64,000 nt of DNA from Eledone cirrhosa. Lineage: Eukaryota. Below, one piece after another: positions 13,343 to 27,612 of the stretch (position 1 is its first letter; each line of letters opens with the position of its first letter). Under the pieces are notes generated by a model. It was not told the DNA's origin, searched no databases, and worked only from the letters and a program-made list of their open reading frames with translations. Location of the stretch: NCBI GenBank assembly GCA_964016885.1, contig OZ024755.1, positions 10,292,001 through 10,356,000 of the forward strand, in the 5' to 3' direction. The position numbers were made by a program, and so were the translations under genes.

Positions 13343-13513
13343 GGTTCTAATTTAGGCACAAGGCCCGCAATTTGAGGGGAATGTTGATTAAATCGACCCT
13401 AGTAGTTGACTGGTACTTTATTTTATCGACCCCGTAAAGATGAAAAGAAAAAGCTAACCTCGGTGGGATTTGAACTCAGAACGTAAAGAGCTGAAACTAT
13501 ATGCTGCAAAGCA
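13343..13513 (-). mobile_element. Deu/Nin-like SINE (long-tail variant)
   Basis: Same core; includes the gattaaatcgacc segment. Confidence 0.8.
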
Positions 13514-14964
13514 TACACATATACACACACATACGATTGGTTATCCATTCTTTTCTAAGTATATACATACATTTTGTCTTTTTGGATTACTATTCTGGTT
13601 GTAAAACAATCTGGGCGTGGTGGTGGTGGGGGGCTCGTTTGAAAAACTCATTAAAGTAAAAGAGGTCCTTGATAGTTCTAGAGGTATATGAAAGCATCAC
13701 GTAGTTATAATACAGAGCATATATATTATTCCAGCACGTTGTGAGTAGCTGGGTAGTAATGTGGGTGTTTTGGATGAATAATAACACACCCTTAGTCTTC
13801 ACATAATGGTGACAGTGAATATAAGAGCTGTGTTAAACATCACCTGATGGTGTCACATTGTATATGTCATGCTAACGGCTTGACGACACCACAGTGATAG
13901 TAACTGGGTAACAATGTGGTTGTTAGAGCTAAGTACAGTAAATACCTCCGCAAAGCTGGAACTGAATATAACTAGAGGTACTTACATCATATGTTTATGA
14001 CACAGATCATATATCATACTGATATGACAATAACAACAACAACAGCCAACAACAACAGTAAACAACACTAGCCAAATAAAACCGTGTGCGTCAGCAATAA
14101 ACTTGTATGATTCTAACAGTAGGATAGTCTCAGTCGTTTGAACTCTTCACGAGAATTACTTAGATCAAGGTTGTGTTGTTTTCTGAAACAGTAATGAATA
14201 TATCAATATATCGTCACCAGACATGATCTCACTGCAAGGAGAAGCTTTTAGTGTCATCTGCGTGATTGACATCAAACGACACATATGTAGATGTGTTGTT
14301 TTTTCAGTTTCAGTTTATTTTCAGTATAGACACTAATATAAGTTTACTGCACAAGAAACAGCTTTTTTAGGCTCATTCTCTCTTATATACACATATATAC
14401 ACCAAGTTCGAGCACAAAAGAACCAAGCTCCAACAGACACTGCTTCCGTCTCTCCCGCTCTCCCCATCTCTGTGTTTGTCTGGTAGGAGGCAGGGGTTAT
14501 TAGCCATTGGAAAGATTCCAGGGTATGTCGGGTGCTTCACGACGGACAATATGCGCTATGCTATTTAGTTTCAGCTTTCTACGCTCTAAGACAGTAAATT
14601 GACAGAATCGTTAAAACGTCGGATGGAATACTTTGCGGTATTTGTTCTAGCTCTCTACGTTCTGTGTTCAAATCCTGCTAAAGTCATCGTTGCTTTTTAT
14701 CTTTCCAGTATCGATAAGATAAAGTGCCAATCCACACACATATACTTACATACACACACACACATATATATAATAAGGGTTGACGGACTCAGCATATTTA
14801 TCAATGCCAGTACTGGTTGTATCTCAGCGCACTCCATGGGCAATGTAAGATACATTACCAGAGTATGCACAAAGTTATTTGCTTCAACACAACACACGCA
14901 AAACGGGTGCCTATATATATAACTTAATTTTAGGTTTAATCAATACATGTAGAATATGTATAGA

Positions 14965-15335
14965 TAATTGTTTCTACTTTTGGCACAAGGCCAGCAATTA
15001 TCCAGTACATTATTGGTACTTTATTTTATCGACCCCCGTAAGGATGAAAGGCAAAGTTAACCTCGGCGGGATTTGAACTCAGAATGGCAAGGGCCGTAAC
15101 TCCATGCGTCAAAGCATGGCGTCCGACCCTCTACCGATGCTGCCAATCCACCGCCCAGAATATGTATAGATAATTGTTTCTACTTTAGGTACAAGGCCAG
15201 CAATTACCCAGTTCATTACTGGTACTTTATTTTATCGACCCCATAAGGATGAAAGGCAAAGTCAACCTCGGCGGGATTTGAACTCAGATCGTAAAGGGAC
15301 GTAACTATGCTGGAAAGCATGGCGTCTGACCCTCT
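14965..15335 (-). mobile_element. Two tandem Deu/Nin-like SINEs with repeated target site
   Basis: Core present twice; atgtatagataat occurs before, between and after the copies. Confidence 0.85.
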
Positions 15336-15829
15336 AAATGTATAGATAATGTTTCTCAGTAAGAAGCTTAATAAACTTCCGTTCAGAGCATCACTAATAT
15401 AATATATTTTAAATTATATATATATATATATATTAACACTTTCAAGTAAACTGAAACAAAAACTACAGCTGCCACTCGTATGACTTGCCAGTGTGTAATA
15501 TGCTTTCGTTGATAGGCGTTGATGGCCGACACAGTCACCCTCTCGATCAACCAGGATGTGACGACAGCTGCAAGCAGAGGGTTGCATCAGCAAGTAACGG
15601 ACACATGCTTTCTTTATCGACTCCGAAATGATCTCAGAAAACAGACACCCGGAACAACTATCCAACTGGACGCCATATACACACACACACCCACACGAAC
15701 ACACATGTACATGCATGTGTACATACACATGGACACACATGCATACACGTACATACAAATGTAGACCCACATACACCCTCACATATATATACAAAATATA
15801 TACACACACACACACATACATATATATAC

Positions 15830-16266
15830 ATAATATATAGACACACACATATATATATACATAATATATATACACACACACATATATATATACATAATAT
15901 ATACACACACACATATATATATACATAATATATATACACACACACATATATATATATACATAATATATATACACACACATATATATATATACATAATATA
16001 TATACACACACACATATATATATACATAATATATATACACACACACACATATATATATACATAATATATATACACACACATATATATATATACATAATAT
16101 ATATACACACACACACACATATATATACATAATATATATACACACACACACACATATATATATACATAATATATATACACACACACACATATACATATAC
16201 ATAATATATATACACACACACACATATACATACACATAATATATATACACACACACACATATACAT

Positions 16267-16300
<34 letters not shown>
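15830..16300. repeat. Higher-order TA/CA minisatellite (about 32-36 bp unit containing cataat)
   Basis: Repeated catatatatatacataatatatatacacacaca. Confidence 0.85.
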
Positions 16301-16302
<2 letters not shown>

Positions 16303-16581
16303 CAATATATTAACAAATGGAAACTATATTTATAAAACCATATTTATTTCATTATACATATTTCAAGGACACCAAAGCAAATTATGGTGCGCTTTCATCA
16401 GATAAAATATAATATAGATCAGTTTTATAAACAATATATATATATGTATATACGTATATACATAAATATATTTATATATACGTGGATATATATATATATA
16501 TATACGTATATACATAAATATATTTATATATATGTGGGTAAATATATATATATATGTATATATATATATATCAATGTGTAT

Positions 16582-16637
<56 letters not shown>

Positions 16638-16889
16638 ATGATGTTATCAAACAATATGACTATAGTTGGAAAAAATGTATTAATCATAAGATTTCCTCAC
16701 CAGCCACTTTCATAGCTGAATGGAAGACCTGACACTCCCAGTAAATAATGATAAAACATTTTTACAGACATAATTCATTCTAATAATATCAAAGAATTTA
16801 CTGATGCAATCCATGCATGGATGTCTGTGGCATACAAAATATATATTCTGGTCATGTATATATATATATACAGGGTATCCTAAAAATCC

Positions 16890-17040
16890 TTCTCACTCCT
16901 GGTTGTTCTCAAAATTAAAAAAAATTCCACTGAAAGGATCCCTTTTTGAGAGCCAAGACGACGTCATATTGACTGCGACGGTGGAGCTGAGAGCCATTTC
17001 GGAAAAAGCATTCCATACATGTTTTGAACGGTAGAAAGTT
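16890..17040 (+). pseudogene. Mariner-family transposase C-terminal relic
   Basis: WLFSKLKKIPLKGSLFESQDDVILTATVELRAISEKAFHTCFER matches the mariner motif LFpkLK..LkG.rF.s...v......L..i....f..cF. Confidence 0.7.
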
Positions 17041-17877
17041 CAAAGGGTTTATCCGCTATCTTGGACTAATACATTATTTCATCAGGCTTAAAATGATAAA
17101 AAGCAAAGTTGACATCAATGTGATTTGAACTCAGAGCCTTACGCTCTCACGACTTTGCCAATATGTCGTCTGTTACTGTGGTTGTTATAAATTTTAAGGA
17201 ATGAAAACAAACTGTAATTAATTAATCAATGGCCCTACAGTATTACATTCTTAAATTTCAGTTAGATTTTATTATATAAATATAATTAAAAAAGATTAAA
17301 GTGTTTTCACATAATCCTAAAAAATGTTAATTTAAGGAAAATAAAGATTACGAAGCACATTTCTGTACAGCCCTTATTATATCTTGTTCACCCTTAGATA
17401 TAGGAGCCAGCTGTGAAATAAATGGGTTTATCAAAACGAATAAGCAGTTATGGAAGAATAATGACAGCTACTCAAGTGTGCAGGGGATAGGTGTGTGGGA
17501 GGGGTGGGTTTACTTTTCTTTAAATGTTTTTAGGAGTGTGTAGGGGGAGAGTGTATCCCTGTAGTCTCCATAGACACCGCACTTTCTGTTTTCCCCGAGA
17601 AGCAGTAATAATTTCATTTAATATTTTCTTTACTCGAGGCAGAACTGGTAGCTACCGAGTGTGACCAGAGGTAGTTGATAGTGGAGTGACCCTCAGATAT
17701 ATGGGCTAAACTGTGAAATATGTGATATATTCTCATGCTCGAGGTAGATTTGAGTGTTATCAATTAGATCCACGGGTAGTGGATGGTGGAGTGACTCTTA
17801 GATATAGGAGCTAGCTGTGGAATAAATTGATTTACCCAACAAATAAGCAGTTGTGGAACAACAGCAGGGGACTACCC

Positions 17878-18073
17878 AATAATTGTTTCTACTTTTGGCA
17901 CAAGGCCAAAAATCATCTCAGTGTATTACTGGTACTTTATTTTATCGACCCCGTAAGGATGAAAGGCAAAGTTAACCTCGGCCTGATTTGAACTCAGACC
18001 ATAAAGAGGCGTAACTCTATGCTGGAAAACATGGCGTCCGACCCTCTATCGATACTGACAATTCACCGCCCTA
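17878..18073 (-). mobile_element. Deu/Nin-like SINE with TSD
   Basis: Core and head present; flanks ggggactacccaataatt and ggggctatccaataatt. Confidence 0.85.
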
Positions 18074-20222
18074 GGGGCTATCCAATAATTCAGAGTATTT
18101 AGTCGATCATATCGGCTACAATATATATTTGGTACTGGCACTCTCTATTTCTAGAACAACCAAGTTACAAAGAGACACAGCATAGACAACAACATCGAAA
18201 TATAAACCCAAGCATGGACACCCACATGTCAGACAGCATGCTTTGTGGTCTTCATTTTGTCCTCTCAATGCTCCTAATTCATATCCCGCCTAAGTCAGCT
18301 TTACCTTTCATTCTTTAGTGGACGATAAATAAAATATCAGTCCAAGGGCGGTTAATTAGCGGACTCTCCTTATTCAAAGTGTTTTTATATTTATTCAAAA
18401 ACAATTTTATGTAAGAAGTTACGTTTCAAACACCAGCCTAAAATATAGAAGTTAGTTGGAGTACTAAATCTCACCAAATTATTGATTATTTAAAAAATTA
18501 TTTGAAAATTATGGGAAGTGTTTTTCATAAAAATTTTACTTAAACAGATTATTGCCGTGACATATTTTTTTTCAATATTTATTATGCAGCACGAGTTAAA
18601 GTCACAAAAAAAAAAAAAAAAATCGATTCGGTGTGAAAAACAAACTGTTGAGTAAAAACTTACTTTGTTTACATAACAATATCGACTTATATTTCAGTTT
18701 GTCGGTCGCAGCTGTAAATTCTTGTTTCAAATTATGAAGCTCCCGTCACGTGGTTGGCGCTCTCAAATTATATGTCGTCTCTAAAGTCACATATTCAACT
18801 TGTGTGAAGAACACAGCTCGCTATTTACCAAGTTTGTTACACACACACATACATATATATGCAGATATGTGTGTACGTGCAAATTTATCTACATGAATAA
18901 GTGCGGGTGGATGAACTGAAATCTTACACAATACGGTAGTCTTTCTCTCTTCCTTATTCTGAGAAACATAATCCATCTATCACATGTATATCAATGTCAT
19001 ACACTGGGACAAGACGTCTCACGTTGAGTTAGCGAAATAGTGAACGGTTTATCTCATTCCTTCTTCTACAAAATAACAAAATGACGTGCCGTGGTCTTTA
19101 TTCCTTGTCCCAAAGATACAGCAACAGCGAGCTGTGTTCTTCACTCATTCTCCCCCAAGATACCGCAATAGGAATCTGTGTTCTTCATTCCTTGCCACTA
19201 GATACCGCATTAACAAGTTGTATTCTTCATCTCTTCCTAATTTAAAATAGTGGGAGAGCGTCGGATAAAATAATAGTGTGGTATTTGTCCTCGTTTTTTA
19301 ACATTCTGAGTTCGAATCCCACCAAAGTCAACTTTGCCTTTTATCCTTCCGAGCTCGATGAAATAAAGTGAAACACTAGTGATGATTTAATCAACTTTGT
19401 TATTTCCCCAAATTTGCTGCCCTAGTGCCTAGATTAGAAATCAATATACTGATCAGGCATCGCTTTGTAGTTAGGGATGTTCGGCTCACGATCATGAGTT
19501 CGATTTCTGGTGGAATACTGTATCCTTGAGCAAGACACTTTATTTCACGCCATTATAGTCCACTAGGCTTGGGGTGGGGTTGGGTTGCACATGTAATTTA
19601 AAGGGCCATCTTTGACACCCACTGATTTAGATTTTCCCCACAACGCTGCTACTAAGCAATTTATTTATTGATTTTTAGACATTAATATATATTTAAATTA
19701 ATTAAACAGATTCTCATATATAAAACTGAAAACCTTTAGGGTTCAGTAATGCGCCTTAGGCGGTTGCCTAGTTGGCCTTAATGGTAGCGCTGGTCCTGCA
19801 TGAGTGGAATTCGTGAGCAACGATAAGGGATTCTCTGTAGTAGAATTGCAGTCTTCTATAAACGTCAGTGGAATGGAGATGGCGCCAGGCTATGTTAGTC
19901 TACATCGTACGAAGAAGAAGAAGATAATAAACAAAGGGTGAAATCGCTAGTGCGAGTCCTCAAAATAAGTAAAACCCAGTAAAAACAAAAAAAAACAGAT
20001 GTCTTATAGATATATATACAATATACGTTAATAGTATTAAAGCAAGACTCTATATAGTTCTACTTTACACCCGATATGATGACATACTTGAGGAATGAAG
20101 TGGTTAGTGAAGTGGGCGTGGAATAAGTCAGATGATGTTATAGGGAACATACATTCCACACAAATGACTGAAATGATTTCCATTGATGAAATGTTTAAAT
20201 AGAGAATGATTTGTTTAATGCT

Positions 20223-20440
20223 TAAACCCTTTTGATACCAGCGCGCTTGAAATCACCTCTGATTATGGAACAAAAACTGTTTGTTTTCAAGTTTTTACAT
20301 TTATCTAAAAACCATCCACCAAAATTTTATGTAAGAACCTTTGTTAATGTATTTTCAAAACACAATCTTAATAATGAAGAAGTTAGTTATATAAATAAAT
20401 CCCTTCAAATTTTTGATTATTTTCAAAATTATTTTTAAGT
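20223..20440 (+). mobile_element. piggyBac-like MITE fragment
   Basis: ttaa(a)cccttttgatacca terminus; relatives at 60064 (+) and about 56028 (-). Confidence 0.45.
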
Positions 20441-20989
20441 CATATGTAGGCAGTGTCTTTCATTAGAAAAATGTTAACGGTGCGTTTAAATAGAGAAGAA
20501 TGGCTGGTGAAATGTTTAAAATAGAGAAGAATCATAGATTAAATGATGAAAAAGAGTAGATTGTGTCTCTTTCTCACTTCTTCACTTCCATTCTTTCATA
20601 CTCTGTCCTTCTCTGAAAGAAATCTACTCTATTCAGACCTGGAGAGCAGTAAATGTGCCGTCTTTACATATGTAACGACTTTTTTTTTTAAGCGCCTGAT
20701 CCAGTGTATTAAATGGAGTTATTGATTAAATATTAAAATCAACAAGTCATTATTTCACACAATTCTTTCTTTTATATTTTTTTTTATCAAATGCATTTAA
20801 ACTCGGTCATTTAAATCTGGCGTAGCTGATATCACTCCATGCACGTCCGATGGCATTGTAGTATGTTCTGTTTTCAATTCAAAATTTAAAAAAAAACATA
20901 TTTCATTCATAAATTGGCCTCCAATTTTTTTTTTCTTAGGTTACCTTAAAAAGCATTCAGAAATTTGAAATCTGAAAATATATCCACCA

Positions 20990-21110
20990 CAATGCAAATA
21001 ACTATAATAATAGTTGAATAAATCGGATAAAGTACCGCTATCCATTTTTTTCCGTCTTCAGAGAGTATTGAACTCGATTTATCCAACTAGTATTATAGTT
21101 ATTTGCATTG
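20990..21110. repeat. Inverted repeat (MITE-like)
   Basis: caatgcaaataactataataatagttgaataaatcg pairs with cgatttatccaactagtattatagttatttgcattg. Confidence 0.75.
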
Positions 21111-21574
21111 TAGCGAACTTATTTTAAACTTTTGTTGTTGTTTTTTCTTCTTCTTTTTTCTAAAATCTATCTTGCTAATTATAGGGTGCGTCTCATCACT
21201 TATAGCATCTCGGGTGCCGGGTATACCGGGTATGTAGATTTTCACACAAGTTCATATGTTCACTTAGAGTAAGGAGCAACTAAGACTTCTATCTGAGTCG
21301 AGGTTTTTTTTGGTGATTAAAAAACATGAAAGAGAGAATTATGTGTAAAATAATTACCTGTTGATTTTAATGTTTAATCAATAACTCCATATAATACCTG
21401 GACTTGGAGGCTTTTTTTAATGTCGTTATCTTAAAACGTAGTCTCTTGTTCTTGTTGCTATTTTTGTTGTTATTGCTGTTTATGTTGTTGTTGTTGTTGA
21501 TGTTTGACGATGATCATCTCCTTATAATAATTTTCATGAGTAGAATGAAATCATCATCATCATCATGAACATTA

Positions 21575-21682
21575 TTATTTTGAATTTGATATCTCAGTCA
21601 TTGATGTTTAACCGGAAAATTTGCCCAAATGAACATCAAGCCGCAACCTGCAACCTCAAATATTCAGGACTTATCGGAAGGT
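21575..21682 (-). mobile_element. Degenerate 3' end of the R4/Dong-like LINE
   Basis: tctcagtcattgatgtt..atcaagcc..cctgca.cctca.atattcaggac.tatcgga is the reverse complement of about 44135-44228. Confidence 0.65.
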
Positions 21683-21689
21683 CGCGTAG

Positions 21690-22365
21690 AGTTATGGCCC
21701 TTCGCATTCTGAGTTCAAATCCCACCGAGGTTAACTTTGTCTTTCATCCTTACGGGGTCAATAAAATAAAGTACCAGTAATACACTGGGTAATTGCTGGC
21801 CTTGTGCCAAAAGTAGAAACAATTATTATTAGGACGGTGGAATGTCGTTGTAATGTCGGACAAAATACGTAGCAGTATTTTCTGGCTCTTTAAATTTCAT
21901 CGTTACGAGGTGGGTAATGTATAGTTTCAATCAAGTATTGGGATCTATTTAATCGAAGTTCTCCTTCCCCAAAATTACTGTCCTTGTGCCAAATGTAGAA
22001 ACAATAACTGTTTCTACGTTTGGCACAAGGCCAGCAATTACCCAGTGCATTACTGGTACTTTATTTTATCGACCCCGTAAGGATGAAAGGCAAAGTTAAC
22101 CTCGGCGGGATTTGAACTCAGAATGGCAAAGGCCGTAACTCTATGCGTCAAAGCATGGCGTCCGACCCTCTACCGATACTGCCAATCCACCATCCCACAA
22201 ATGTAGAAACAATAACGGCAGTAGATTGGTGGTATCGGTAGAGTGTCAGACAACAAGCTTTGCGGCGTATAGCTACGGACATTTATGTCCTGAGTTCAAA
22301 TCCCACCCAGCTTACTTTGTCTTTCATCCTTACAGAGTTAATAAAATAAAATACCAGTAACACAC
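21690..22365. mobile_element. Cluster of four Deu/Nin-like SINEs (+, +, -, +)
   Basis: The minus copy at 22008-22196 sits in the tail of another copy, with TSD caaatgtagaaacaataac. Confidence 0.8.
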
Positions 22366-22847
22366 AACGGGCTTCTGCAGTATTCCTCTACCAAATTACC
22401 TGGTATCAGTTAACTTGAGGCTCTGGTACAAGACATGCCCAAGGTGCCGTGTAGCGAGACTGAACCTAGACTATGAGGTTGCGAGGCGAACACGTTCACC
22501 ACAGAGCTATGATTCCACTCTACTACACTTCAAGGCCACCCTCTTCCCGGACACCAAACAACTTGTTCACTCCACTTGATTATTTTTTATTTTTCCAAAC
22601 AACTTGTTCGGCTCCACTTGATTATTTTTTCTTTTTCTGGGACGATGTGTTGTGTTGTTGAGACTTGGTGGATAAGACACAAACCAAAGACTGTATTACA
22701 GAACATGAGATTAACAACATTCTGAGGTTATAAAGATATAAATCTCTCATAGATTTACGATTCTAATCAGTAACCACAAGAATATAGTTACAGAATACCC
22801 TCATCTAGGAAAGGATCTGTAATATTGTGTGTGTTAGTGTTTATGTA

Positions 22848-22888
<41 letters not shown>

Positions 22889-23468
22889 ATGTGTGTGTGT
22901 ATATATATTTCTAAATTAAATTCTATTCTTTTTTCTTTTTGTTACTCGAGTTTCAAGCGACTGCGATCTACAGACAAGAAAGGACAATCATTTTAAACAA
23001 AATATATATATATACTCTACATCATGTATTGCGTGTCCTTTTCCTCGCTTGTTCACAAAAACTAACCTTTCAACATTATATATATATATATATTCATATA
23101 TACACGCATACATATACATATATACATGTTTGTTTGTTGTACCGTTAATAGCACGTATTACAGTAATAACACACACATCTAACATTCCAGTAGATGTTAG
23201 TTTCTGATCTGAGATATTACTGAAAGATTAGCTCTCCACGTCCTGTACCACATGAAGCCACATTAGCTCTTCATGTCCTGTACCACGTCATACCACGTCC
23301 TGAGATATTACTGAAAGATTAACCCTTAACGTCCTGTACATGACTTCATCACACTAACTTTACACACACATATATATATATATGTATGTGTATGTGTGTG
23401 TGTGTGTAATATATAAATATGTATATATACGCACACAATACATATATATACATATATATATATGTATG

Positions 23469-23538
<70 letters not shown>

Positions 23539-23557
23539 GTATTATATAGATATGTAT

Positions 23558-23712
23558 ATACAATTGTTTCTACTTTTGGCACAAGGCCGGCAATTAACCA
23601 GTGCATTACTGGTACTTTATTTTATCGACCCCGTAAGGATTTGAACTCAGAATGGCAAGGACCGTAACTCTATGCGTCAAAGCATGGCGCCCGACCCTCT
23701 ACCGATACTGTC
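23558..23712 (-). mobile_element. Deu/Nin-like SINE with internal deletion
   Basis: ccgtaaggat joined directly to ttgaactcag through ggat microhomology. Confidence 0.8.
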
Positions 23713-23904
23713 ACATGTATGAATGTGTGTATGAGTGAGTATTGAAAGTAAAATAATATCTAGAATGTGTTGAGTGATTCAGTGGCAGTTTTGTTTTTAT
23801 ATGGTCGATGGCTGTGATAGGGTTGTTTGTTGTTTAAATGGAAGATATTTCAAGTGTATAGCTCCATAATGGGAGTTAAAAGGGCAACATTGGAGGGGGC
23901 CCTG

Positions 23905-25110
23905 TGTTGTGGTTAGTGGGGGTGATGTTGTTGTTGGTGTTGATGGTGTTGTTAGTGGGGGTGATGTTGTTGTTGGTGTTGTTGGTGTTGTTGGTGTTGT
24001 TAGTGGGGGTGATGTTGTTGTTGGTGTTGTTGAAAGTGGGAGTAATGTTTTTGGTGTTGTTGTTGATATAGTTGAAAGTGGGGGTGATGTTTTTGGTGTT
24101 GTTGTTGATGTAGTTGAAAGTGGGGGTGATGTTTTTGGTGTTGTTGTTGATGTAGTTGAAAGTGGGGGTGATGTTTTTGGTGTTGTTGTTGATGTAATTG
24201 AAAGTGGGAGTGATGTTTTTGGTGTTGTTGTTGATGTAGTTGAAAGTGGGAGTGATATTTTTGGTGTTGTTGTTGGTGTTGTTGAAAGTGGGAGTAATGT
24301 TTTTGGTGTTGTTGTTGATGTAGTTGAAAGTGGGGGTGATGTTTTTGGTGTTGTTGTTGATGTAGTTGAAAGTGGGGGTGATGTTTTTGGTGTTGTTGTT
24401 GATGTAGTTGAAAGTGGGGGTGATGTTTTTGGTGTTGTTGTTGGTGTGGTTGAAAGTGGCGGTGATGTTTTTGGTGTTGTTGTTGGTGTGGTTGAAAGTG
24501 GGGGTGATGTTTTTGGTGTTGTTGTTGGTGTAGTTGAAAGTGGGGGGTGATGTTTTTGGTGTTGTTGTTGATGTGGTTGAAAGTGGCGGTGATGTTTTTG
24601 GTGTTGTTGTTGGTGTGGTTGAAAGTGGGGGTGATGTTTTTGGTGTTGTTGTTGGTGTAGTTGAAAGTGGGGGATGATGTTTTTGGTGTTGTTGATGTAG
24701 TTGAAAGTGGGGGTGATGTTTTTGGTGTTGTTGGTGTGGTTGAAAGTGGGGGTGATGTTTTTGGTGTTGTTGTTGGTGTGGTTGAAAGTGGGGGTGATGT
24801 TTTTGGTGTTGTTGTTGGTGTGGTTGAAAGTGGGGGTGATGTTTTTGGTGTTGTTGTTGGTGTGGTTGAAAGTGGGGGTGATGTTTTTGGTGTTGTTGTT
24901 GGTGTAGTTGAAAGTGGGGGATGATGTTTTTGGTGTTGTTGATGTAGTTGAAAGTGGGGGTGATGTTTTTGGTGTTGTTGGTGTGGTTGAAAGTGGGGGT
25001 GATGTTTTTGGTGTTGTTGTTGGTGTGGTTGAAAGTGGGGGTGATGTTTTTGGTGTTGTTGTTGGTGTGGTTGAAAGTGGGGGTGATGTTTTTGGTGTTG
25101 TTGTTGGTGT
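23905..25110. repeat. 42-bp (39-bp variant) GT-rich minisatellite, about 26 copies plus degenerate flank
   Basis: Unit gttgaaagtgggggtgatgtttttggtgttgttgttg(a/g)tgt(a/g). Confidence 0.95.
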
Positions 25111-25199
25111 GGGTGATGTTTCTGGTGGTGTTGGTTTTGTTGGTGTTATGCTTGTCAGGGGAGGGACCGGGTGTTGTTATTGTTGATGGGGTGTTTTTG

Positions 25200-26745
25200 T
25201 TGTGGTGGTGATGGCGGTGGTGGTTGTAGAGGTGGTAGTGGTTGTGGTGGTTGTGGTGGTGATGGTGGTGGTGGTGGTTGTGATGGTTGTGGTGGTTGTG
25301 GTGGTGATGGTTGTGGTGGTTGTGGTGGTGATGGTGGTGGTGGTTGTGGTGGTTTTGGTGGTTGTGGTGGTGATGGTGGTTGTGGTGGTTGTGGTGGTGA
25401 TGGTGGTGGTTGTGATGGTTGTGGTGGTTGTGGTGGTGGTGGTTGTGGTGGTTGTGGTGGTGATGGTGGTGGTGGTTGTGGTGGTTTTGGTGGTTGTGGT
25501 GGTGATGGTGGTTGTGGTGGTTGTGGTGGTTGTGGTGGTGGTGGTGGTGGTGGTGGTGGTTGTGGTATTTGTGATGGTTGTGGTGGTGATGGTGGTGGTG
25601 GTTGTGATGGTTGTGGTGGTGGTGGTGGTGGTGGTTGTGGTGGTTGTGGTGGTTGTGGTATTTGTGATGGTTGTGGTGGTGATGGTGGTTTGTGGTGGTT
25701 GTAGTGGTCGTGGTTGTGGTGGATGTGGTGGCTGTGGTGGTGGTGGTGGTGGTGGTGGTGGTGGTGGTTGTGGTGGTGGTGGTGGCGGTGGTGGTGGTTG
25801 TGGTTGTGGTGGTGGTGGTGGTGGCGGTGGTGGTGGTTGTGGTTGTGGTGGTGGTGGTGGTGGTGGTGGTGGTGGTTGTGGTATTTGTGATGGTTGTGGT
25901 GGTGATGGTGGTGGTGGTTGTGATGGTTGTGGTGGTTGTGGTGGTGGTGGTTGTGGTGGTTGTGGTGGTGATGGTGGTGGTGGTTGTGGTGGTTTTGGTG
26001 GTTGTGGTGGTGATGGTGGTTGTGGTGGTTGTGGTGGTTGTGGTGGTGGTGGTGGTGGTGGTGGTTGTGGTATTTGTGATGGTTGTGGTGGTGATGGTGG
26101 TGGTGGTTGTGATGGTTGTGGTGGTTGTGGTGGTGGTGGTTGTGGTGGTTGTGGTGGTGATGGTGGTGGTGGTTGTGGTGGTTTTGGTGGTTGTGGTGGT
26201 GATGGTGGTTGTGGTGGTTGTGGTGGTTGTGGTGGTGGTGGTGGTGGTGGTGGTTGTGGTATTTGTGATGGTTGTGGTGGTGATGGTGGTTGTGGTGGTT
26301 GTAGTGGTCGTGGTTGTGGTGGATGTGGTGGCTGTGGTGGTGGTGGTGGTGGTGGTGGTTGTGGTGGTGGTGGTGGCGGTGGTGGTGGTTGTGGTTGTGG
26401 TGGTGGTGGTGGTGGCGGTGGTGGTGGTTGTGGTTGTGGTGGTGGTGGTGGTGGTGGTGGTTGTGGTATTTGTGATGGTTGTGGTGGTGATGGTGGTGGT
26501 GGTTGTGATGGTTGTGGTGGTTGTGATGGTGGTGGTTGTGGTGGTTGTGGTGGTTGTGGTATTTGTGATGGTTGTGGTGGTGATGGTGGTTGTGGTGGTT
26601 GTAGTGGTCGTGGTTGTGGTGGATGTGGTGGCTGTGGTGGTGGTGGTGGTGGTGGTGGTGGTGGTGGTGGTGGTTGTGGTGGTGGTGGTGGCGGTGGTGG
26701 TGGTTGTGGTTGTGGTGGTGGTGGTGGTGGCGGTGGTGGTGGTAA
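25200..26745. repeat. (GGT)n-derived complex repeat with higher-order modules
   Basis: Recurrent landmarks gtatttgtgatgg and gtagtggtcgtggttgtggtggatgtggtggctg. Confidence 0.9.
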
Positions 26746-26854
26746 CATCATCGGTAGTTGCTGTTGTTTTCGTTGTTAATGGAAATGTAATAGACACACA
26801 TGATAGCGATTCTTATCAAACCAATTAAAACATACATGTCACATACTCACATAT

Positions 26855-27612
<758 letters not shown>

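Noticed and set aside
22560-22645. Tc1/mariner PLDYFFW motif
   Set aside because: Too short, locally duplicated and frameshifted to support a call.
23876-26828. Mucin-like, Gly/Cys-rich or Pro-rich proteins of 400-970 aa
   Set aside because: Frames are open on both strands only because GGT/GTT repeats lack stops; frame switches occur inside the repeat and there is no domain.
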